64,000 nucleotides of DNA, from positions 12,338,001 to 12,402,000 of the forward strand of contig OZ249439.1 of NCBI GenBank assembly GCA_965235115.1, in the 5' to 3' direction. Position numbers and translations under genes: made by a program. The notes under the pieces were generated by a model that saw only the letters and a list, made by a program, of their open reading frames with translations, was not told the DNA's origin and searched no databases. Origin of the DNA: Laetmonice hystrix. Its lineage: Eukaryota. Positions 39,624 through 51,334 of this stretch are shown piece by piece; position 1 is the first letter of the stretch, and every line of letters begins with the position of its first letter.

Positions 39624-41067
39624 ACACTGCCAGCGCCTTGGAACACCGTCCATTATCCGAGGACTACCAATGAGGCGGTAACACCCAGAGTTGTCACTGC
39701 CAGCGCCTTGGAACACCGTCCATTATCCGAGGACTACCAATGAGGCGGTAACACACACAGTACACTGTCAGCGCCTTGGAACACCGTCCATTATCCGTGG
39801 ACTACCAATGAGGCGGTAACACCCAGAGTACACTGCCAGCGCCTTGGAACACCGTCCATTATCCGAGGACTACCAATGAGGCGGTAAAACCCACAGTACA
39901 CTGTCAGCGCCTTGGAACACCGTCCATTATCCGAGGACTACCAATGAGGCGGTAACACCCACAATACACTGCCAGCGCCTTGGAACACTGTTCATTATCC
40001 GAGGACTACCAATGAGGCGGTAACACACACAGTACACTCTCAGCGCCTTGGAACACCGTCCATTATCCGTGGACTACCAATGAGGCGGTAACACCCAGAG
40101 TACACTGCCAGCGCCTTGGAACACCGTCCATTATCCGAGGACTACCAATGAGGCGGTAACACCCACAATACACTGCCAGCGCCTTGGAACACCGTCCATT
40201 ATCCGAGCGGTAACACCCAGAGTACACTGTCAGCGCCTTAGAACACTGTTCATTATCCGAGGACTACCAATGAGGCGGTAACACCCACAGTACACTGTCA
40301 GCGCCTTGGAACACTGTTCATTATCCGAGGACTACCAATGAGGCGGTAACACCCAGAGTTGTCACTGTCAGGGCCTTGGAACACTGTTCATTATCCGAGG
40401 CTACTAATGAGGCGGTAACACCCAGAGTACACTGTCAGCGCCTTGGAACACCGTTCATTATCCGAGGCTACTAATGAGGCGGTAACACCCAGAGTTGTCA
40501 CTGTCAGGGCCTTGGAACACTTCATTTTCCGAGGACTACTCATGAGGCGGTAACACCCACAGTACACTGTCAGCGCCTTGGAACACTGTTCATTATCCGA
40601 GGACTACTCATGAGGCGGTAACACCCAGAGTACACTCTCAGCGCCTTGGAACACTGTTCATTATCTGAGGACTACTAATGAGGCGGTAACACCCAGAGTT
40701 GTCACTGTCAGGGCCTTGGAACACTTCATTTTCCGAGGACTACTCATGAGGCGGTAACACCCACAGTACACTGTCAGCGCCTTGGAACACTGTTCATTAT
40801 CCGAGCGGTAACACCCAGAGTACACTGTCAGCGCCTTGGAACACCGTTCATTATCCGAGGCTACTAATGAGGCGGTAACACCCAGAGTACACTGTCAGCG
40901 CCTTGGAACACCGTTCATTATCCGAGGCTACTAATGAGGCGGTAACACCCAGAGTACACTGTCAGCGCCTTGGAACATTATCCGAGGCTACTAATGAGGC
41001 GGTAACACCCAGAGTATACAGTCAGCGCCTTTGAACACCGTTCATTATCCGAGGACTACCAATGAGG
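39624..41067. repeat. ~68-bp minisatellite, ~21 copies
   Basis: Unit acactgtcagcgccttggaacaccgtccattatccgaggactaccaatgaggcggtaacacccagagt with variants. Confidence 0.95.
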
Positions 41068-41624
41068 ATTGAACGAGCTTGTTATCAAAATTTCACCTCA
41101 CATTCCTTCATTCCCCAGTATTTCATGCATGCATCTCCTAGAAATCTAGCACTCTTTGAAACATTGAGAAGGTGTTTTAGCCATGCAGTAGTATTAAATT
41201 CCTATTTATTTATAAAAAGAAAATGCATTAAAACCTTTTTTGAAAATTAATTCACCAATTTACCATATTATTAATGGCGTCACTTAACAAGCCTGGCACG
41301 TCCTCTGGATTCAGAGCATTAACAACTGTAGCAAGCTACTTGAAAATCAAACAATGTTGACCTAAATGACAGTCTTACGTGGTATGAATGATTAATGTGC
41401 CTCAGGCCAGCTGTACAAGAGCTTTGTTATGGTGTGCGGCCGACTCCACACGGCAGACTTCTGGCTGGCCACCCAGATCACGCACTGGTTTGTTTGGAGG
41501 AGAGAGTGGCGGGACAGCCCGTCACAACTGGTCGCTCTTTATGAAGAACACATAGTGACGTTGATGCAGAACTACATTCGCCATGACAAATGATGCCAGA
41601 TGGCGTGAGTCGGCGCCCATATCA

Positions 41625-42561
41625 CGCATTCCACCTGAGTGGTACTGCCTGCTCCTGACGGCACTCTCACCTACCACTAGTGGTGACACGCGTTCCCACA
41701 GACTACCTGAGTGGTGCTGCCTGCTTCTGACGGCACTCTCACCTACTACTAGCGGTGACACGCGTTCCCACAGACCATCTGAGTGGTGCTGCCTGCTCCT
41801 GACGGCACTCTCACCTACTACTAGTGGTGACACGCGTTCCCACAGACCACCTGAGTGGTGCTGCCTGCTCCTGACGGCACTCTCACCTACTACTAGTGGT
41901 GACACGCGTTCCCACAGACCACCTGAGTGGTGCTGCCTGCTCCTGACGGCACTCCCACCTACTACTAGTGGTGACACGCGTTCCCGCATTCCATCTGAGT
42001 GGTGCTGCCTGCTCCTGACGGCACTCCCACCTACTACTAGTGGTGACACGCGTTCCCGCATTCCATCTGAGTGGTGCTGCCTGCTCCTGACGGCACTCTG
42101 ACCTACTACTAGTGGTGACACGCGTTCCCACAGACCACCTGAGTGGTGCTGCCTGCTCCTGACGGCACTCTCACCTACTACTAGTGGTGACACGCGTTCC
42201 CACAGACCACCTGAGTGGTGCTGCCTGCTCCTGACGGCACTCTCACCTACTACTAGTGGTGACACGCGTTCCCACAGACCACCTGAGTGGTGCTGCCTGC
42301 TCCTGACGGCACTCCCACCTACTACTAGTGGTGACACGCGTTCCCGCATTCCATCTGAGTGGTGCTGCCTGCTCCTGACGGCACTCCCACCTACTACTAG
42401 TGGTGACACGCGTTCCCGCATTCCATCTGAGTGGTGCTGCCTGCTCCTGACGGCACTCTGACCTACTACTAGTGGTGACACGCGTTCCCACAGACCAACT
42501 GAGTGGTGCTGCCTGCTCCTGACGGCACTCCCACCTACTACTAGCGGTGACACGCGTTCCC
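41625..42561. repeat. 72-bp minisatellite, ~13 copies, with a 360-bp higher-order repeat
   Basis: Unit ctgagtggtgctgcctgctcctgacggcactctcacctactactagtggtgacacgcgttcccacagaccac; lines 41821-42120 are identical to 42181-42480. Confidence 0.95.
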
Positions 42562-42951
42562 TTGATGGCGCTGTGAAAGTGCACTCATTGCAATACCGTG
42601 CGAACTTTGACCTGGTAGGATCCTTGCCACACGAAAATGGGCAAGCTCGGGCATGAGCAAGGCTTCTGATCTATACCATCCAAAAACTTTGGCTCAAACC
42701 TTGGGTGACAGATCAGCCCAAAACTTCTGGGGCATAACTTGGCTCGGCAGACAGGGCTACTGAGAGGAAGACGTGAGATTGAGTGTACATTATAGCAAAA
42801 ACTCCTGACAGAGACCACAGTTATAGACAACGTTAAGTTTGGTCTACATATACATGTAAGTCAAAACCTCTGGGGCAGGGGAACTCAAGTGGCGATGTCA
42901 TCTCAAGGCAAGCCCGGCTGTATTGGGAAGACCGTCAGGTGTAAGGAATGC

Positions 42952-42965
42952 CCGGCAGGGGGCGA
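42952..42965 (+). promoter_or_regulatory. CTCF-like motif CCGGCAGGGGGCGA
   Basis: Matches the CTCF core consensus; binding untested. Confidence 0.35.
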
Positions 42966-44357
42966 CAACCGGTGCCGGAGGGCAGGGTTGGCATGTCCGG
43001 CCTGCACCGCCTGAAATCTTCTGGGAAATGTTGAGAAACAGAAAGCTTTCCTACCCTGGCCAACACCACCAGCATTCCGACGCGCAACTTTATACCACTG
43101 CTTATCAAACAAAAACTAGAACGCTTTCATCAACTTGTAATGTATACTCCGTTCCTCTTAGCCATCCATTAAATACAGATAAATCTCCTTTTCACTGAAA
43201 TTTAAATATACAATTTTCTCAAGCATTCAACAATTATATGCTGGTACCCAGAATTACCAAGGCAATAAAACTAAATGCATACTGATACAACACATTCCGG
43301 TAAGGTTTATAGTACATGTAATTTAAAAAGTTAAATCTGCATTCGCTTAAAACTGAAACAGGCATTAACTTTCAATGAAGATACATTAGTTATTTGTCAG
43401 GAGGTTGAAAGTTACTACATACATTAATGGTAAAACAAGCATGTATGTGGTTTGGGGGATGAAAGGAATACAATAATAATCTAATAATGTGGTGTTAAAA
43501 ATAACAGGATGAACTGCATTCCATGTCCAAGAACTTCTCAACTACACGAATCCTAAGCCAGTGCTCCGCAAACCTAAGCGTCAACCACCAGTAAATAATA
43601 AAAGAAACGACAGTAATAACGAACATGATGGGAGTGTGGCGGGGAGCTAAGGCAAGCGAGGAGCCACCTATACTGTACCTTGGGACTAGCACTTATTGGG
43701 GAGGATGGCAGGCCTACAATTGAAACAGTGATCAACAAATCAAAACTTTGGACAAATCATACAACTGTTAAATCATACCATATAATCATAATTTAAGAAA
43801 AGGCGTTTAAATCATAGAACGCACAGAAGGAATCCATCCTGCAACTAGAAACTCGCATTAACCGTGAGGAAAATGACAGAAAAACACTGAAATATGACAC
43901 TTTAAATAGGGAAAATACTGTTTCTGTTTTGCAGGTGACCTGATATATGGATGGTGGAATGTATTTAAAATCGTCGAAGGGTTTTTTCCTCAATAGCAAA
44001 CTTACTAGTCAATCGATATTATACTGACATAATAATAAGGCTTTAATTCATTTGTTGGTGAGGTTAACTGTGTGGCAGACATTGTTGTGAATGAGATCTG
44101 ATGACGGGTGTGAGGAGTAGGTAGTGAGATGGAGAGATGGCAGACCAACATATTGGCAGTCTGATCTAATCGTCCGATACGTGCCGTTCACAGCCGACGG
44201 CAGGCTGTGCTTGCTGGCCCCAGCCCGACAGCCAGGCCTAGCCTGCTCATGTATCTAACCTTACCATTTCATATCGCCTGCATTATGACATTCAACATGA
44301 TTTTTATATCTGCTTCGAGTCACCTCTGCTACAGAAAACATTGCTCATCGCTCTAAA

Positions 44358-44660
44358 AGGGCCGCTCCCCGGCGCGTGGCGTGGCCTCCCTATGACAGAT
44401 GCCCTGCCCTCCTTGATAGATGCAGTAAAAATCCCCTCTCCTGGCATCTCACCTCCTGTGACAGACCCGTGGCGGGGCTGTCCCGCTCGCTACCATCCTG
44501 CTCCAATCAGCGCCCTGATTGGCTGGCCCTCTCAGCCTCACTAACTGGATCCTGCCGCCCTCTCCCGGCCTAGGCCGGCCCCGGCCCGGCACCCTCATAC
44601 CGACACGACCCTTCCCCGGGCGGCCCTCGCCGGCCCTCAGCGCGCCTCCTCCGCTCAACC
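44358..44660. promoter_or_regulatory. GC/CpG-rich island with an inverted pair of CCAAT boxes (promoter-like)
   Basis: CCAATCAG-cgcc-CTGATTGG at 44503-44522 inside a strongly GC-rich stretch with GGCGGG/CCGCCC boxes. Function is inferred only. Confidence 0.35.
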
Positions 44661-47600
44661 TTGTCCAAAGACAGGTCTCCCCGGATTTCATTTTCAAATT
44701 GATCTTATTTGTAGCGCTTGAGGCTAAGTTTGGGCCAAATCGTGGCATACGTGGCCCATACACCCCCCACGTCTGCGTTCCATCATGGTATAAGCTGCTG
44801 GTCTCCTTGCTGAATCAATCCAGCTAATACTATTGCTATATCGCTGTAGTTGCACCCTGCTGTATGGATCGGGAATATTTCTGATGGTGTGCCTTCAAAG
44901 TGGCTGGGAGGGTGGGGTAGACAGGGGAAGGGGAAATGTTGATATTGTTCAGACTCCCAAGTGACTATCCCGTCGTAATGAACTGTCAGTCATATGTTAT
45001 TCCAATCCAAAGGAAATGGCCTCGTCATGCTGATAATAGGCCAGAGGCAGTGCTAAATATCAGATCATTCAAATCTTATTACACACAAAGGCAGCCAATT
45101 GAAACATTTCAACCCGTATAAGGCAAAGTAGCTTTCTTATGCTTGTCTCTCTTGACAGGGATAACGCCTGCAGTGGAACCTTACCCTAGTCTGTACAAAA
45201 CTGAGATAGCTTTACCCTATCGACGGAAAGGCTTAGGGCAGTCGGAAATAGTGAAAGAACTACATTCTTTAAAAGACAGCAACAATGCACAGTAGGTATG
45301 TATTACAAATGATTTACTGAAATAACAACGGGTTCGCATTATAAAAAGGTCGCTCATATCATACTTTGCCATGCATCCTAGGAAATCAGCTAAGCTCAGA
45401 TCAAATCCTGACAGAAAGTGGAGAAGAAAGCAAAAGGTTCTCGTAGACCTCAGTAAATGGATCCGGTCAGTTTTACAAAAAGGTCATGGTTTGTCAGAAA
45501 TGGATATCTACTTAACTCTGCAACATGGACACGGACACATTTACAGCAGCTATCGTTGTAGTTCGGGTGTCATGATATCGAAATTGACAAGTAACGGACA
45601 ATACCAACGGGCAGAGAAAGAGGGCGGACGAGAAATTTGATTCTCACCTACCTTCACCATACTTCAGTCTATGAAAGCATTGGGAGAAAATCAAACCGGA
45701 ACTTAGGATTTGGTAAAAAATACTTTACCTTTTGAGGAGAATAAATTTCCTTTGTTATACCAAACTTAAACCATAAAAAGCATGTATTTTTCGCAATGGG
45801 CAATTAAGATTTGGACCTACGTTTAGTGATCCTTTCTTTACCGAATCTTTACACAACAGTATCATAAATAGCGATGTCGTAAAATTCCTTTCCAATGGGG
45901 TATTCAAATTAACTACTGATAAAACGAAAAGGATTAAAAGAGAAATTGGAAATGATGACATATATCAAACTTTACCACGAATAGAATACGAAATTAATGT
46001 TTGCATTCGAAGACATCCCTTCAATAAATTATACTACGTTAATAAGCCAAGTTTCTGCAAAACGATAGGAAATAAGAAATTACAAAATGGCACCCGAAAA
46101 GCTAAAGAAAGAGATTTTATACCGTCTAAATGCATAACCCCCTTACATTAAATACGAATTCAACATTTATACTTGCACATGGTAAAACTTACGCTGGCTT
46201 ACCATTTACCATGACCAAACGTTTTTTAGAAGTAAAATGGAAGCCCATCTTTTCCACTCCTTTCCAATTCTTGGTGTCACACCAACTTCTGCAGCGCTTT
46301 CAACATGCTGATTTGATCTACTCCACATGGCAAGCTTAGCCTTAATCCATCAGCCATGCGAAAATACACTTTCTTCGCTTTCTAAAGCAATCAGTCTTTA
46401 CAGTCACAGAGTCAGACCACCAGAAACACCGTCCTTTTTCAGCCTCTACCATTACTTGAAACACTGACATAGAATAACAACAGGGAACAAAAAATTGTGT
46501 CGTCTGTGGTGGAATTCATATCAAGAAGCAATCCTAATCAGAATATCAGTCGCTACTAAACAGTTTTTCTGAATTTAATCAGGACAATCCAATTCTGGAT
46601 GAATTCAATCAGGACAAAAAGATTTGATTTAAAACTAGCATAAATCAGCATACCATTTGTGTAATTTTAGTATTGACACATGACTAAATCTGCTTCCGAC
46701 AACTGGTTTACATTCAAAACCTGAAGAATTCATGCCACAATCGCGCTACCGCAGTCACTTTGGGCACTGTCTGAGTCAAATAATAACACCAAAATTGGTT
46801 TCCCACTTAATTTAGAATTTAGTGTGTCTTTCTATGTAATTCTTTGAATTAGCATTCATATTTCACCTCTGAAGTATCTTCGAAACTCAGATTCCTAATG
46901 TTTCAGCACTCTATTGGAAACTACAGATGGTCCATTCGTTAATCATTGTCCCATCTGCGATGTCACACGGGGGGGGGATCACATGATTCATATACCAAAG
47001 GCATTATCCATTCCCAACTTCTGTTCACTGCAGTAACAAAAATAAAAAAAGCTGAAATAAATGCGAATCGTGAGAAGGTTTCACTATTTCGAACAGCATC
47101 TGGTAACGGAGTGAATTGGTTCGTTACTTCACAGAGACCGTATCACTTCCTAATTATCAATGATACGGAAAGTCCAATTTAAGGAATGCACAGCAAAATT
47201 AAACAAATTAAACAGACTGAGTTAGCTGGCTGATAATGAAAAGCATGGTAGAATTTTGAGGTTCAGTCAGAGAAAAGATGTGCATCAAAATTTAATAAGG
47301 CCGTACAGTGAAGTGCCTTTTCCGATAATGATATTTTTCATGATTCATGGGTCAATATTTCAATGAGTCTAAAAATCCAGTCATGCAAAAATGATTAGCT
47401 TCATTTGATGAATGTTTGGCAGTCATTTGCATGCAAATGAGATCATGCCACCTAGCCATATCTCCTCTGCAGATGGACTTATTAGAAAATGGTGACCACA
47501 GCACCTGTCCCAGGGGACTCGTCACAGTGACCACCCAGTGCCGAGTACTCCCCGGTGGTCAGTCACTTGACCGCTCAGTTAACAAGGCCAAATCGGCTCA

Positions 47601-48533
47601 TTGAAGGCTGATTGGTCTATTTGTCATCGGATCCTCCACCCCAGTTTCTCATTGTCTGTATGAAATTGGCAGATCACACCAAAGCCTGTCGTAAACTTCA
47701 CACCCGGTCAATGGCAACACGTCAAAGTCTCTAACCTCTGCCAACTATTGCTGCTGACCTCGACGGCTGGTAGTTACACAACCCGCCTGTCTAACGGTCA
47801 CACCTGCTGGGCAGACACCATATGGTTGTGGTGGTGCTGAGAGCGGCGTGTTGCGGGGTGTCTGGAGCTGGATGATTGTGGCTAACTCATCACGCAAGTC
47901 ACTGCCAGGCCGGCAGCCACACCATATCATTATCCTTTGCTTTCCACTAAGATAAAATAAAATAGATTAAAATAAACAAGGGAAAGACATTATTTGACAG
48001 GCCAGGGAAAAACATTATTTTGGCAGGCCAAATTGCAAGATTTGTTTTGGACGGGGAAACTAAAAAGAAGCACCCTGCCCCTACTAAAATGTTGGCCTCT
48101 GCGATTACAAGTTTTTACATGTTGGATAACCTTAATTCAGGGCCTTGAGCTGCCACATTATACCGCCAGCTGGGATGCAGACAAAGACTCATATTTAACA
48201 ACACTCCTAACTCGAGCCTCTGCAGCAGATCACCGCCTGTAATGCCAGGTAATTTGGCTCTCACCTGCGTCAGGAAGACAGGAAAACCTTCCTTTGTGGA
48301 AAGTGACTGAAAAAGAAGCCAGGATCATCAATCTACTTGAATAATAAGTGGGCTGCATTTTGTCCTTTTCCTCTGAACTAGTTTTAATCAAATTTTAAAT
48401 CCACAAAGTTTTTTTTTCCGAGGAAATGACGAAGTATTTCGAGGGAAGAAGCCATTATGGGCGGAACCTCTCAGGCTCTGGTGTGGATTGCTCTAAAAAG
48501 ACAGCCACAACGGTGCCGCCCTCAAAACTCGTG

Positions 48534-48547
48534 GTGCCACCTGGTGG
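48534..48547 (-). promoter_or_regulatory. CTCF-like motif CCACCAGGTGGCAC
   Basis: Matches the CTCF core consensus; may lie within a transposon remnant. Confidence 0.4.
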
Positions 48548-50133
48548 TATATGCCTACACTATTCCTGCCGCTGTCACCCTAGCGGTAACTGGCCGAAAC
48601 ACGGCCATCATTCAACAACCGTTAGGGCTTACGTTCGTCGTCCGGTCAATATTTTCTATAATTGGTTTAAATATTTTATGGAGAAAACATTATTATGGTT
48701 TATTAGAAACAACTTTACTTTAATACACTTGGTTTATCGAAAAACATGGCGAGTGTCCGTTGCCCTTAAGGAGCTACCTCACTCGGCAGTCTATGTCTAG
48801 TTTAAACACATTCGCTGGTTGAGCATTTTCAAGACGGTCTTGGAGACCCTACAGACAATGGCTTGGTCCAGCACTGGTGGTTTGAATCTAATGAAGACTC
48901 AAGATTATCCAGGATAACCCTCTGGATTACCACCCAATGTGTCTCAAGTCCAGCAGATAGTGTCAGAACAAGGCAGGTTCCATATGCCAACAGGGACGGG
49001 TCTGAATCCCCACCGCCACGCCAGCTTGCTATGCAGACACACACCACACAGCTTGTATAATACAGGGTCAATTTCCCCGCCAAGCCTTGTCCGACCGAGG
49101 CTCATGATTGCCACGTCAGAATACTAATACTGTCAGACTTTCCCATCGGCTGCACACACAACCTCAGATTTACACAGATTAGCATTCAACTCACATCCAA
49201 GGAAACTCGGTAAGCAAGTGGTGTGATATTCTATCTCCAATCTGGCCATCCCACACATATAAACTTTCGCAAGGCTATATTTGTCTTCACGGGAACATCA
49301 TCGGAAACTTGTGATTCCCAGCCAAACCAGGACTCCAACAATCTTCATTAATTCATATGCACACTGAATTACGTTAAACACTTACATTCATTCAGGACTA
49401 AAACATTGAAAGTTCCCTTGTCATCAAGACTATCTCATTGGTTCTAATTCTAATCTCCTTACCAGAGCTGTACGCTCTCCGATTACACTCATCTAGGCCC
49501 CTTCAATGTTCCTCTGCAACCACATCATTTTAATATTTACAAGTTTTAATGGCATCAATCTACCCGATCGTTTATCAAAACAGCTCTTAGTTTCTAAATT
49601 CCCTGACGAAGAAACATTCCAGAGCCACGTTCATGAGCGAAGATACATTGGTGCTTCAAAATAATTGCCTGCAGACTGACAAGAAGTTGTCGGAAAACAT
49701 AAACCATCCAAACTTCCGTCCCTGCAAACTGTTTCAGACAGAAGGCCTAGGGGGCACGAGTGTCCTTGCGACTAAACCCCTCATGCAAGGTTTCACCGGA
49801 TTAATATAATTTGCTCCTCTTACGTTTAGAAAATCTCACATGAATGCCGTTTGCATCTTGGTCGAGGAACCATTGCGGAGGTAGTGACTTATTTATCATT
49901 TTTTGATTCATACCAGTCTATACCTACGAAAGTCATTCCGAGATATAACAAAGGCACCTTTTTCAGTTAGATCTACAAATTTAACTTGTCAAAATCAACC
50001 GATGCAGCTCTCGGTCTCGGAGGGGCAAGAAGGAAACCTCTGATGGCAAACTGGGACGCCAAGACAGGAACAAAGCCGAGTCACGGAGAACACAGTCAAT
50101 GGTGTGAAGATCAGATCTCCACGGCACAGAGAT

Positions 50134-50626
50134 CCCGCTTCCTGTGGTGTCAGCGCCCTGCCGCTTCCTGTGGTGTCAGCGCCCTGCCGCTTCCTGTGGT
50201 GTCAGCGCCCTGCCGCTTCCTGTGGTGTCAGCGCCCTCCCGCTTCCTGTGGTGTCAGCGCCCTCCCGCTTCCTGTGGTGTCAGCGCCCTCCCGCTTTCTG
50301 TTGTGTCAGCGCCCTCCCGCTTCCTGTGGTGTCAGCGCCCTGCCGCTTCCTGTGGTGTCAGCGCCCTGCCGCTTCCTGTGGTGTCAGCGCCCTCCCGCTT
50401 CCTGTGGTGTCAGCGCCCTCCCGCTTCCTGTGGTGTCAGCGCCCTGCCGCTTCCTGTGGTGTCAGCGCCCTGCCGCTTCCTGTGGTGTCAGCGCCCTCCC
50501 GCTTCATGTGGTGTCAGCGCCCTCCCGCTTCCTGTGGTGTCAGCGCCCTCCCGCTTCCTGTGGTGTCAGCGCCCTCCCGCTTTCTGTGGTGTCAGCGCCC
50601 TCCCGCTTCCTGTGGTGTCAGCGCCC
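50134..50626. repeat. 26-bp minisatellite, ~19 copies
   Basis: Unit cttcctgtggtgtcagcgccct(g/c)ccg. Confidence 0.95.
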
Positions 50627-51320
50627 AGATCAGCTTAGAGATTGTTTGGGGGCGGAGGGTGAAAGAAGGGGGAGAAGGAGGCGGCTTGGGATGCAGGGAT
50701 TCGGTCACTACTACCAATATGTTATAATCCTAACCATCAATTCGAATTCAGAGAGCCTTCACAAGCACGTTACACGATGCCGACACTCGCTTGGCGCCTT
50801 CATGATCTGGTCATGTGGCCGGCGTTCCAATGCTGGAAACTACCCCACTCTCCTTCCTATACATCTCCAACAGTCACATCACGCTTGAGCCAATTATTTA
50901 GCAGTTACTGCACAAATCGTTTTCCCCACCCGACAGATTTTGTACAGAAAAATCAGAAATAACAATTTTTATATTGATACCCCATGAAAGGAAAGGGCCC
51001 CTCTGGGTTGGTAATGAGAGGGTGAGAGTCTGACGGTGTAGTCTGTACCAGTGTCACATTCACTCCAATGTTCTTTAGGCAGTCTTGTATTCTAACAAGA
51101 TCAGCAGACTCCTCCAGCCTGAAGCACTATGAGACGCCTACAGAAAGCCCGTCATCATGCTGTACGATGTCGAAGATTACAGCCAGGATTGTGTGTGTGT
51201 GAGGGGGGGGCTGTGGGACATAGCTGTCCTCAGCTCGAGGTCTACAGCGCCCCGCCTGAAGTAGGCTGCCCGTCCCGTGATCCACTGGAGAGCGTGCTTC
51301 GGGGTTACTTCCGGCCATAG

Positions 51321-51334
51321 CCTCCAGGTGGCGA
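51321..51334 (+). promoter_or_regulatory. CTCF-like motif CCTCCAGGTGGCGA
   Basis: Matches the CTCF core consensus; binding untested. Confidence 0.35.

Noticed and set aside
41522-42553. 343-aa minus-strand ORF of 24-aa repeats
   Set aside because: Follows from a 72-bp unit lacking stops in that frame; other frames are open too, and no splice signals bound it.
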